49,030 bases of DNA from Acidobacteriaceae bacterium (GTDB lineage: Bacteria; Acidobacteriota; Terriglobia; Terriglobales; Acidobacteriaceae), in NCBI GenBank assembly GCA_035567995.1, contig DATMOZ010000161.1:1-49030 (forward strand), read 5' to 3'. Below are positions 1 through 8,494 of this stretch, one piece after another. A program made the position numbers and the translations under genes. Within the stretch, counting starts at the first letter, position 1. The number at the start of each line of letters is the position of its first letter. The notes beneath the pieces were generated by a model. That model saw only the letters and a program-made list of their open reading frames with translations. It searched no databases and was not told the origin of the DNA.

Positions 1-1
1 C

Positions 2-400
2 TGGTATTTCCGCTACCCCGGACCTGACGCGACTTTCGGCACGACACGGCCGGAATTGGTGGATGCCGCGGCCGGCAATCCTCTCGGTCTCGATCGAAGG
101 GATTCGCGCGCGGCAGATGATCGCGTGACCAGCGAACTGGTGCTTCCAGTTAATCGTGAGGTTGATGTTCGACTACGAGCACTCGACGTCATCCATGGGT
201 TCTTCATTCCCGGAATGCGCGTGAAGCAGAACGCGCTCCCCGGCTCTACGCTGCACGTTCATTTCACTCCAGATGTGATTGGCGTTTACCCCATCGTCTG
301 CTCTCAGGTCTGCGGCCTGGGCCACTACAGGATGCAGGCACAGTTGCGCGTGGTCAGCGAAGCAGACTTCGAGCACTGGCTTACGGGGCGCGCCAAATGA
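2..400 (+). CDS. coxB: Cytochrome c oxidase subunit II, C-terminal cupredoxin (CuA) part; 5' end lies outside the window
   Basis: The open frame runs from the window edge. It carries the CuA-type motif HGFFIP...CSQVCGLGHYRM. Its stop overlaps the coxA start (ATGA at 397-400). Confidence 0.85.
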   Translation, partial: WYFRYPGPDATFGTTRPELVDAAAGNPLGLDRRDSRAADDRVTSELVLPVNREVDVRLRALDVIHGFFIPGMRVKQNALPGSTLHVHFTPDVIGVYPIVCSQVCGLGHYRMQAQLRVVSEADFEHWLTGRAK

Positions 401-2124
401 AAGACGAAGCCGCCTTCGCTCCTGCAGCCGCCCGGCGGTCGGGCTGGTCTCCGTTCTCGCGCGACCACCGGAACGTTGCGATCTCATACCTCCTGTTGTC
501 TCTCGTCGCCGTTGCCGTCGGCACCCTGCTGTCAGTCGTGATGCGTCTGCATCTGGCATGGCCAGACGTCAAGCTTCCCTTCTGGGGCGTCATCAAGCCT
601 GAGGACTACCTCGCACTGGTCACGATGCACGGCACAATGATGATCTTTTTTGTGCTCACAACTGCGCCTCAGAACGGTTTCGGCAACCTGGTTTTGCCGG
701 CACAGGTCGGTGCGCGCGAAATGGCCTTTCCAGCCATCAATTTAGCGTCATTTTGGACCACTTTTGCCGCTTTTACCGTGCTCATTTCCGCGTTTTTTGT
801 ACGGGGCGGAGCGCCGATTTCGGGCTGGACAAGCTATCCGCCATTCTCGGCGATCGCTTCCACCGGCCCAGGCCAGGGCCTAGGCATGGACCTCTGGCTG
901 GCCAGCATCGCGTTGTTTTGTATCGGCTCCTCGATGGCCGCAGTCAACATGCTGACGACTGTGGTGCGGCGGCGTTGCGCGGGCATGACGATGGGCCGCA
1001 TGCCCCTGACGGTCTGGGCCTGGTTCGTCAGCGCACTGTCGACGCTGCTCGCGTTCAGCGTGCTTTTCGCGGCATTGGTGATGCTTTTCTGCGACCGGCA
1101 TTGCGGTACAAGTTTCTTCGTGCCGGCGAGCGAAATTGTAAACGGCCAGCTATTGGCGCGCCGAGGCGATGGTTCGCCGCTGCTGTGGCTCCATCTTTTC
1201 TGGTTCTTCGGCCATCCTGAGGTCTACATTGCCATCCTGCCCGGCATGGGTCTGGCGTCGATGCTGGTGATGAATTTCACCCGGCGGCGGCTGCCAAGTT
1301 ATCGCGGCATGATCGCGACAACCATATTGATAGGCCTGCTGGGATTCATGGTATGGGGCCATCACATGTTCGTAAGCGGAATGAATCCCTATGCCAGCAC
1401 CGCGTTTGCACTTACTACGATGGCCATCGCGCTGCCTTCTTCGGCGACGGTGCTGGCGTGGCTCGGCACTCTGGCGCGCGGCGGCCTGCAACGCAATGGC
1501 GGACATATTCCAGCGGCCATGCTGTTTACGCTGGGGTTCATTTCGTTCTTCGTTTCTGGCGGACTGACAGGGCCGGTGCTGGCGCAGCCGAATCTGGACG
1601 CATACCTGCACAATACTTTCTTCGTTGTTGCACACTTCCACCTGATCATGGGAATGGCTGCTGTTTTCGGGCTCTTCGCCGCGACGCACTACTGGTTCCC
1701 GTTCTTTAACGGACGACTGATGAATGAGCGGCTCGGCCGGTGGCACTTCTGGCTGACACTGGTTTCGGCTTACCTCGCGTTTTTCCCGATGCACTTCGCC
1801 GGAATGGCCGGCGAACCACGACACTTCTCCCAGTTAACCGGTTCTCTCGGAACCTTCGCCCACCTTATCCCCTTGCATCGCTGGATATCCGCCTGGGTGT
1901 TTGTGTTGGCGGCGGCACAGATGCTTTTCTTGACAAATGTTTTTCACAGCCTGAAACAGGGCAGCCCTGCCGGGAGCAATCCGTGGGCTGCGACCACGCT
2001 GGAGTGGCTCCCGCCTGCCTTGGGCGAAATACCGGCGGTGCACTGTTCGCCCGACGAATATGGCGTTCGACACGCGGGACGAGATTTCAAAGGACAGTGG
2101 GAACCGCCACCCGAACAGGAGTAA
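397..2124 (+). CDS. coxA: Cytochrome c oxidase subunit I (heme-copper oxidase, A-type)
   Basis: 575 aa polytopic protein with the hallmark motifs WFFGHPEVYIAILPGMG, WGHHMF and HFHLIMG. Confidence 0.95.
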   Translation: MKDEAAFAPAAARRSGWSPFSRDHRNVAISYLLLSLVAVAVGTLLSVVMRLHLAWPDVKLPFWGVIKPEDYLALVTMHGTMMIFFVLTTAPQNGFGNLVLPAQVGAREMAFPAINLASFWTTFAAFTVLISAFFVRGGAPISGWTSYPPFSAIASTGPGQGLGMDLWLASIALFCIGSSMAAVNMLTTVVRRRCAGMTMGRMPLTVWAWFVSALSTLLAFSVLFAALVMLFCDRHCGTSFFVPASEIVNGQLLARRGDGSPLLWLHLFWFFGHPEVYIAILPGMGLASMLVMNFTRRRLPSYRGMIATTILIGLLGFMVWGHHMFVSGMNPYASTAFALTTMAIALPSSATVLAWLGTLARGGLQRNGGHIPAAMLFTLGFISFFVSGGLTGPVLAQPNLDAYLHNTFFVVAHFHLIMGMAAVFGLFAATHYWFPFFNGRLMNERLGRWHFWLTLVSAYLAFFPMHFAGMAGEPRHFSQLTGSLGTFAHLIPLHRWISAWVFVLAAAQMLFLTNVFHSLKQGSPAGSNPWAATTLEWLPPALGEIPAVHCSPDEYGVRHAGRDFKGQWEPPPEQE

Positions 2125-2151
2125 ACTGAGCAGCATTCGAGGAGTTCTGCG

Positions 2152-2910
2152 ATGCCACTTACCGTCACTCGCACCCCGGTCGAGGTAGAGCGGAAAGAGC
2201 CTGGTTTTGGTGGCCGTCCACCGATGGATCGTCGCCCGACTGGCGGCGGTGGAGACGGCGAGAACTGGGAGAATCGCCCGCCGGGTCGGCGCGGACCGCG
2301 TGAGTTGCTGGGCCGCTATCGCTTAGGACTGTTCTTCGCACTCGCAGGCGACATGATGTTTTTCGTCGCGATTATCAGCGCCTTCTTCGTGCGCCAGACA
2401 ACGGGCCACATCGACGCGCGCAATCAATACATTCTCGACTGGCACCCGCTCTCGATTCCTCCAATTTTGTGGCTGAATACCGCGGTCATTCTGCTGAGCA
2501 GTGTGACGATGGAGATGGCGCGTCGGCAGATGTTCCGCGAAAACGATGTGCTGGAAGAGTGGCTCGGACTCGGGCGTCCTACGATGCGTCGCGCTGTTCC
2601 GTGGCTTGTGATCACGTCGGTTCTCGGCTCGGTGTTTCTCGGCGGGCAGTGGATAGCGTGGAAGCAGCTTCAGACAGAGGGCATCTTCTTCGCGTCGAAT
2701 CCAGCGAGTCATTTCTTCTACCTGATTACCGGCGCACACGGGCTACACCTGCTGATCGGAATCTTCGCAATGGTCGGAGCTTTCTGGGCGCTGTATGCGG
2801 CAAAGCGGCTGGAGATTCGGCAGATCGCTGTTGACTGCAGTGCGTGGTACTGGCACACGATGGGTCTGTTTTGGATCTTTCTTTTCGGAATGCTGGTCTA
2901 TTTCCAATGA
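2152..2910 (+). CDS. coxC: Cytochrome c oxidase subunit III family protein with a Gly/Pro/Arg-rich N-terminal extension
   Basis: Lies directly after coxA. Multi-TM C-terminal region with the subunit-III-like segment ITGAHGLHLLIG...WYWH. Confidence 0.85.
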   Translation: MPLTVTRTPVEVERKEPGFGGRPPMDRRPTGGGGDGENWENRPPGRRGPRELLGRYRLGLFFALAGDMMFFVAIISAFFVRQTTGHIDARNQYILDWHPLSIPPILWLNTAVILLSSVTMEMARRQMFRENDVLEEWLGLGRPTMRRAVPWLVITSVLGSVFLGGQWIAWKQLQTEGIFFASNPASHFFYLITGAHGLHLLIGIFAMVGAFWALYAAKRLEIRQIAVDCSAWYWHTMGLFWIFLFGMLVYFQ

Positions 2911-3122
2911 AACTGTGGCGCCTTGCTGCGGTGTTTCTCTGCTTACTGCCAATGGGAGCAGCGCGAGCACAAGGCTGCAGTGCCTGCAAAGATAGCGTGG
3001 CGGATGCTCCGGCAAAAACGCAACAGGGATTTCGGCGGGCTATCCCGGTGCTGGCAATTCCCGCGGCAGGATTGTTTGTTGCGATGCTGGTGATAAGCAG
3101 ACGAGCCGGTCGCATGAACTAG
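2907..3122 (+). CDS. Small exported/membrane-anchored protein with a CxxC motif (unknown function)
   Basis: Its ATG overlaps the coxC stop (ATGA at 2907-2910). 71 aa: signal-like MKLWRLAAVFLCLLPMGAARAQ, then GCSAC, then a C-terminal TM segment IPVLAIPAAGLFVAMLVI. Confidence 0.5.
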   Translation: MKLWRLAAVFLCLLPMGAARAQGCSACKDSVADAPAKTQQGFRRAIPVLAIPAAGLFVAMLVISRRAGRMN

Positions 3123-3189
3123 GCACCGCGCACATTGCGCGCCCAATCGAACATAAAGGCGGAGTTGAGCGAGTGCGAAGCGTGCGGAG

Positions 3190-3402
3190 TCAGTTGCCTC
3201 CGCCGACGAAGTGGACTACTTCAAGCTTGTCATTCTCGGTCAGACGAGTTGATTGCCAGGTTCCGCGCGGAACAATATCGCCGTTATGTTCGACAGCAAC
3301 GCGATCTTCTGCGAGTTCGAGCGCCTGCACCAGTGCGGCGATTGTTGGTTGTGCATCGAGCGCGGGAAAGTCGCGCAGGTTTCCGTTAAGCAGCAGCTTC
3401 AT
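3190..3402 (-). CDS. thiS: ThiS/MoaD-family sulfur-carrier (beta-grasp) protein
   Basis: 70 aa. The C-terminus LEVVHFVGGGN closely resembles the ThiS C-terminus (..VHFVGGG), with one extra Asn before the stop. Confidence 0.75.
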   Translation of the reverse strand: MKLLLNGNLRDFPALDAQPTIAALVQALELAEDRVAVEHNGDIVPRGTWQSTRLTENDKLEVVHFVGGGN

Positions 3403-3426
3403 TTCATCGTAAAGGTATCACTCGGC

Positions 3427-3891
3427 TTACTTCCCTGCGTGCCACAAGCCGAGACGCGTGGCCATCCCGCGCAGCCGTTCTCTGAAGCGGACGCGGGGTG
3501 CATTCTGGGGGAGGGATTCCGTCGTTGGCACAAAAAGCTCGCGGCTCGCGCGCGCCAATATCGCTGCTGCATGAATGTCGCTGTGCTGGATGTCAGCGAG
3601 AATCGTATCGGGCCCGCTTATTGGCACCCGGGCCAAGAGATATTCCATCGCGTGATTGAGAATCAGGAAGGCCCGCTCTTCCCGTGGGGTGAGGGTCCGC
3701 TTTGGAGCCATCTTCGCGGCTGCCCCGCGCGAGTCATTCGAGGTATGAACGCTGAATACACGGTGAAGCTCGTCGCGGCTGAGCGCGATATCTACTGCAC
3801 CATCGTGCGAATCGTAATCGCGCGAAGTGCCGTCAATTACTGCCTGCTTCATGCTCTCGTTGCCTTGTGACGCAATGTCTATCGCCCTCAT
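3427..3891 (-). CDS. Hypothetical protein
   Basis: 154 aa ORF ending 24 nt upstream of thiS on the same strand. Its amino-acid composition is more protein-like than the overlapping plus-strand ORF 3253..3870. I recognise no motif. The start could also be the internal Met at 3852. Confidence 0.45.
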   Translation of the reverse strand: MRAIDIASQGNESMKQAVIDGTSRDYDSHDGAVDIALSRDELHRVFSVHTSNDSRGAAAKMAPKRTLTPREERAFLILNHAMEYLLARVPISGPDTILADIQHSDIHAAAILARASRELFVPTTESLPQNAPRVRFRERLRGMATRLGLWHAGK

Positions 3892-4062
3892 CCGCAGTAT
3901 CCTTCGGACCGCCGTTCTTCTGTCAGAACGCTGGAAATTAATCCAGATATGCGGCCCGCTTTGGGCTAAAGTTCAAATCGGGAACACCTGCTCTCAGCAA
4001 AGCAGGCGCCGGAATTGATTCCCTGCAGTTGTGCATCACACAGGCAGCGCGGGGCCCGCGGC

Positions 4063-4091
4063 TTGACAGCGTTTCAGGCCGACCATAGAGT
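4063..4091 (+). promoter_or_regulatory. Candidate sigma70-like promoter upstream of the nuo cluster
   Basis: TTGACA (4063-4068), a 17 nt spacer, then TAGAGT (4086-4091). This only fits if nuoA starts at 4139; it conflicts with the 4103 start. Confidence 0.25.
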
Positions 4092-4102
4092 CGGAGTGAG
4101 GG

Positions 4103-4546
4103 ATGCGCGGGGCTGGTATCTCCTTCTTCTCAACCGATATGCAGCCAATCAACTACTTTTGGAACTATCTGCCGCTCGTGCTGCAAATCGCGGCAGCTGT
4201 CGGCATGGGCGCGGCAATCGTCGTCCTGTCCTGGAAGATCGGCAAGCACCGCGATTCCAAGACAAAGCTCGCGACCTATGAGTGCGGTATCGAAGCAACC
4301 GGCGACGCCCGCGGGCGCTTTTCGGTGCGCTTCTATATGGTCGCGATGCTGTTTATTCTGTTCGATGTAGAGGCAGTCTTCATGCTGCCTTGGGCAGTCA
4401 TTTACCGGCGGCTGCCGGCGATTACAGGTTCGCGGCTGTTCGGCTTCTGGGAGATGCTGGTGTATCTCGGCTTCATAGTGGTCGGCTTGCTTTACGTCGT
4501 GAAGAAGGGCGTGCTCGACTGGGGCGAAGACAAGGCGGACCTCTAA
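4103..4546 (+). CDS. nuoA: NADH-quinone oxidoreductase subunit A
   Basis: Carries YECGIEATGDARGRFSVRFYMVAMLFILFDVEAVFMLPWA, the classic NuoA core. The start is ambiguous: ATG 4103 has a GGAG-type Shine-Dalgarno (SD) sequence upstream, while ATG 4139 (MQPINYF) gives the usual N-terminal length. Confidence 0.9.
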   Translation: MRGAGISFFSTDMQPINYFWNYLPLVLQIAAAVGMGAAIVVLSWKIGKHRDSKTKLATYECGIEATGDARGRFSVRFYMVAMLFILFDVEAVFMLPWAVIYRRLPAITGSRLFGFWEMLVYLGFIVVGLLYVVKKGVLDWGEDKADL

Positions 4547-5038
4547 ATGGGACCGGAGCAGGACAAAGCGGCAGTTCTAGCAACACACGCAGCGAATGCC
4601 GCAATAGCCGCCTTGCGCGGTGGCGCGCCTGACGTAGTCACTGCGGCCAAGTTTGACCGCGACGAATTGACGCTGACGATCGTGCGCGAATCAATTGTGC
4701 CTGCGGCCAGGCTGGTGCGCGATGCCGGTTTCAACTTCCTCGAAGATGTGACATGTGTCGACCTTGCTCCGGATGAGCCGCGATTTCGCGTGGCGTATCA
4801 CATTCTCTCGCACTCAATGAAGCAGCGAGTTCGGCTGGTTGTGCTGGCTGATTCCGTCGACCCCGTCGTCGACTCCATCACCCCTGTATGGCCGTCAGCG
4901 AACTTTTACGAGCGCGAGATTTTTGATCTGTTCGGTGTGCGTTTTGGCGGGCACCCCGATTTGCGCCGCATCATGTTGCCGGAAGAGTGGGAAGGTCACC
5001 CGTTGCGCAAAGACTATCCGGTGGAGGGCTATCGCTGA
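4547..5038 (+). CDS. nuoC: NADH-quinone oxidoreductase subunit C
   Basis: Carries ANFYEREIFDLFGVRFGGHPDLRRIMLPEEWEGHPLRKDYP, the NuoC (30 kDa) signature. Its ATG immediately follows the nuoA stop. Confidence 0.9.
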   Translation: MGPEQDKAAVLATHAANAAIAALRGGAPDVVTAAKFDRDELTLTIVRESIVPAARLVRDAGFNFLEDVTCVDLAPDEPRFRVAYHILSHSMKQRVRLVVLADSVDPVVDSITPVWPSANFYEREIFDLFGVRFGGHPDLRRIMLPEEWEGHPLRKDYPVEGYR

Positions 5039-6294
5039 TGCCGACTATTCCTCACGACCCCATCGAGATCGAAAAAGAAGCCGGCGTTGTTCCCGACGCG
5101 GCGGGATTGCTGCATGTCGATCCGATTGCCGACCACACCCTGGTTCTCAACATGGGGCCGCAGCATCCGTCCACGCACGGGGTGTTGCGTTTGGTGCTGG
5201 AAATTGATGGCGAGATCGTCCTGAAGTGTGCGCCTGACATCGGCTACCTGCACACCGGAATCGAAAAGACCTGCGAGGCGAAGTTCTATCAACAGGTCGT
5301 TCCGCTGACTGACCGCATTGATTACCTGAGCCCGATGTCGAACAACCTCTGCTACGTGCTCGCAGTGGAGAAACTGCTCGCGCTCGAGATTCCCGAACGC
5401 GCCGTCTACCTGCGCGTGTTGTTGAACGAATTAACGCGACTGAATTCGCACCTTATATGGCTCGGAACGCATGCAATGGATATCGGTGCGCTGACGGTGT
5501 TCCTCTACTGCTTCCGCGAACGCGAAGAGATTCTGCGCATTTTCGAGGGTGTTTCAGGGCAGCGCATGATGACTTCGTACTTCCGCATCGGCGGATTGTC
5601 GATGGAGCCGCCGCTCGATTTCTATGATCGTGTGCGGAACTTCCTGAAGATCATGCCGTCGAAGATCGATGAGTACGAAAACCTGCTGAGCGGGAATCCT
5701 ATCTGGGTCGGCAGGACCAAAGGCGTCGGTTACCTTTCTCCTGAGGATGCGATTGCGCTCGGCGTCACCGGCCCGCCGCTGCGTGCGAGCGGAGTGGATT
5801 GGGATCTACGCCGCGATATGCCGTACTCCGGCTATGAGAAGTTTCAGTTCCGCGTGCCGGTTTCACGAGACGGTGACGTGTGGGCGCGATACGTGGTTCG
5901 CATGGAAGAAATGCGCGAATCCGTGAAAATTTGCCAGCAGGCGCTGGACGGAATGCCGGGCGGACCGATTGTTGCCGACGCGCCGAAGATTGTGTTGCCC
6001 GAGCGAGAGAAGATGAAGACGCAGATGGAGTCGTTGATCCATCACTTCAAGATTGTTACTGAGGGTTTTGCGGTGCCGGCGGGCGAAGTGTACCAGGCGA
6101 TTGAGTCGCCTCGGGGTGAGATGGGCTACTACGTTGTGTCGGATGGGACGGCGAAGCCTTACCGGGTGCACATGCGCAATCCTTCGTTTGCGACGCTGCA
6201 GGCGCTGGAGACGATGTGTGTCGGCAAATTGCTGGCCGATGTGGTCGCGGTGATTGGGTCCATTGACATCGTGCTCGGCGAGATCGATAGATAG
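5038..6294 (+). CDS. nuoD: NADH-quinone oxidoreductase subunit D
   Basis: Carries LNMGPQHPSTHGVLRLVLEIDGE and ESPRGEMGYYVVSDG, the NuoD (49 kDa) signatures. I chose the start at the TGATG overlap with the nuoC stop. Confidence 0.95.
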   Translation: MPTIPHDPIEIEKEAGVVPDAAGLLHVDPIADHTLVLNMGPQHPSTHGVLRLVLEIDGEIVLKCAPDIGYLHTGIEKTCEAKFYQQVVPLTDRIDYLSPMSNNLCYVLAVEKLLALEIPERAVYLRVLLNELTRLNSHLIWLGTHAMDIGALTVFLYCFREREEILRIFEGVSGQRMMTSYFRIGGLSMEPPLDFYDRVRNFLKIMPSKIDEYENLLSGNPIWVGRTKGVGYLSPEDAIALGVTGPPLRASGVDWDLRRDMPYSGYEKFQFRVPVSRDGDVWARYVVRMEEMRESVKICQQALDGMPGGPIVADAPKIVLPEREKMKTQMESLIHHFKIVTEGFAVPAGEVYQAIESPRGEMGYYVVSDGTAKPYRVHMRNPSFATLQALETMCVGKLLADVVAVIGSIDIVLGEIDR

Positions 6295-6639
6295 GTGACC
6301 GTCGCCCAGCCCAGTGCGCAAGTGGTACGCGAGGAGTTGTGGACGTCGTTTGCTTCCCTGCTGCGCAGTTACGTTGCAGCGCATGGATTACAGCATCTGG
6401 GCGAAGACGCCGCGCACGTGGAGATCGGCGGCAGAGATATTCTGATCCGTCGCGGCCAGAAAGTTGTGGAGTTACGGCTGGATTTCGCGAGTGGCGCAGG
6501 CATCTGGAAACCGAACGGAATGCCAGACGGTAGGTTTAAGTTGCTCGAAGACGGCATGATTCAGTTGGAAGATGAGAGCGTTGAGCAAATGGATATGGCA
6601 GCCGAGCGACTGGCTCGCGCGCTATATGCGATGAAGTAA
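6295..6639 (+). CDS. Hypothetical protein inserted between nuoD and nuoE
   Basis: 114 aa ORF whose GTG start abuts the nuoD stop (TAG GTG). It ends 8 nt before nuoE. It is acidic and soluble-looking, with no motif I recognise. Confidence 0.55.
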   Translation: MTVAQPSAQVVREELWTSFASLLRSYVAAHGLQHLGEDAAHVEIGGRDILIRRGQKVVELRLDFASGAGIWKPNGMPDGRFKLLEDGMIQLEDESVEQMDMAAERLARALYAMK

Positions 6640-6647
6640 GGGAGAGC

Positions 6648-7181
6648 ATGGCGGAGACAGCAAACACGATTTTTTCGCCGGCGCTGGCCGCGCGGTTCGA
6701 CAAGCTGATAACGCTGTATCCGGTACGCCGGTCGGCGCTTGTTCCTATGCTGCTGTATGCGCAGGATGAGGTCGGCTATATCTCTGACGCGGTGGTTGAA
6801 GAGATCGCGCGGCGGATTGGGATCACTCCGCTCGACGTGCGGAACGTTCTCTCGTATTACTCGCTCTTGAGGACGAAGCCGGTCGGAAAATTCCACGTCC
6901 AGGTATGCACCAACATCAGCTGCATGCTGCGCGGCGGGAATGAGTTGATGGCCCACTGCAGCGCCCTGTTGGGGATCGGACACAAGCAGAGAACTCCTGA
7001 TGGCGTGTTTTCTCTTGAAGAGGTGGAGTGTATCGGCGCATGCAGTTGGGCGCCGGCTGTGCAGGTCAACTACGACTACCACGACAATCTGACACCGGAG
7101 AAAATGAGCGCGGTGCTTGATGCGTATGCGCGCAAGGCCGGAGAAACAATTACACCCGACAAGCCGGGACGGAGCGTATAG
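6648..7181 (+). CDS. nuoE: NADH-quinone oxidoreductase subunit E (24 kDa, 2Fe-2S)
   Basis: Cys pattern CTNISCMLRGG...ECIGACSWAPAVQVN, typical of NuoE. Confidence 0.9.
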   Translation: MAETANTIFSPALAARFDKLITLYPVRRSALVPMLLYAQDEVGYISDAVVEEIARRIGITPLDVRNVLSYYSLLRTKPVGKFHVQVCTNISCMLRGGNELMAHCSALLGIGHKQRTPDGVFSLEEVECIGACSWAPAVQVNYDYHDNLTPEKMSAVLDAYARKAGETITPDKPGRSV

Positions 7182-8492
7182 ATGCCGACACTCGTTTCTC
7201 ATCCCGATGAAGTGAGAGTTGTGTCGCGGCGCTTTGGTAAGGGTGCCGCCGACATCGAAAAATATCTCGAGATGGATGGATACCAGTCTGCTCGCAAAGC
7301 AATTGAAAATGGGTCAGAGTGGATCATCACCGAGATGAAGGCGTCGGGCCTGCGCGGGCGCGGCGGCGCCGGCTTCCCCACCGGTTTGAAGTGGTCATTC
7401 GTGCCGAAGCAGAGCGCGAAACCGAAATATGTACTCGTGAACGGTGACGAGAGTGAGCCCGGCACGTGCAAGGACCATCTGATTTTTCTGCACGATCCGC
7501 ACGCGATTATCGAAGGCACCATCATCGCTGGACTCGCCATCGGCGCGAAGACTGGCTTCATCTATCTGCGCGGAGAGTATCGCTACCTACTGGAGATCAT
7601 GGAGAAGGCCATCGCCGACGCGTACGCGAAGGGTTTTCTCGGCAAAGGAATCTTCGGCTCGCAGTTTGATTTCGATGTGATCTCGCAAACCGGTGCCGGC
7701 GCGTATGAAGTGGGCGAAGAGTCGGCGCTGATGGAATCGCTTGAGGGCAAACGCGGCGTTCCGCGCATCAAACCCCCGTTCCCCGCCGTCGTCGGCCTCT
7801 ACGGCGGACCAACCGTGATCAACAATGCAGAGACGATCGCGTCTGTGCCACACGCGCTGCTGATGGGCGCCGTGGAGTACGCGAAGATCGGTTCAGAGCG
7901 CAATGGCGGTACCCGGCTGTTTTCGCTCTCGGGGCATGTTGAGCGGCCGGGCGTGTATGAACTGCCGATGGGCTACAGCCTCAAAAGGATGATTTATGAG
8001 GTGGCCGGCGGCATCCCCGGCGGCAAGCAATTGAAGGGTGTCGTGCCCGGCGGATCGTCGACGCCAATCTTGAAAGCCAGCGAGATCGACATCGGGATGG
8101 ACTTTGATCAATGTGCCAAGGCCGGCACGATGCTCGGTTCCGCCGGAGTTGTGGTCCTTGATGAGACGGTCTCCATTGTTCAGTTCGCTCTTCGCACCAT
8201 CAAGTTCTATGCGCATGAGAGTTGCGGCTGGTGTATCCCCTGCCGGGAAGGCACGGACTGGTTGCAGAAAACCTTGACGCGTTATCACGCGGGCGGCGGC
8301 AACCTGAAAGACATCGACAACATTCGTTACCTCGCCGAGAACATGATGGGGCGGACGTTCTGTCCACTTGGCGATGCCGCGGCGATGCCGATGATCGCCT
8401 TTGTGACGAAGTTCCGGCAGGAATTTGAAGACTATTTGAAAACCGCACCGCCCAAGGCGAAGAGCGATCTGGTGGAACTGGTGACGGCATAG
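7182..8492 (+). CDS. nuoF: NADH-quinone oxidoreductase subunit F (51 kDa, FMN/NADH site)
   Basis: Carries GRGGAGFPTGLKW, NGDESEPGTCKD and ESCGWCIPCREG. Confidence 0.95.
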   Translation: MPTLVSHPDEVRVVSRRFGKGAADIEKYLEMDGYQSARKAIENGSEWIITEMKASGLRGRGGAGFPTGLKWSFVPKQSAKPKYVLVNGDESEPGTCKDHLIFLHDPHAIIEGTIIAGLAIGAKTGFIYLRGEYRYLLEIMEKAIADAYAKGFLGKGIFGSQFDFDVISQTGAGAYEVGEESALMESLEGKRGVPRIKPPFPAVVGLYGGPTVINNAETIASVPHALLMGAVEYAKIGSERNGGTRLFSLSGHVERPGVYELPMGYSLKRMIYEVAGGIPGGKQLKGVVPGGSSTPILKASEIDIGMDFDQCAKAGTMLGSAGVVVLDETVSIVQFALRTIKFYAHESCGWCIPCREGTDWLQKTLTRYHAGGGNLKDIDNIRYLAENMMGRTFCPLGDAAAMPMIAFVTKFRQEFEDYLKTAPPKAKSDLVELVTA

Positions 8493-8494
8493 AT

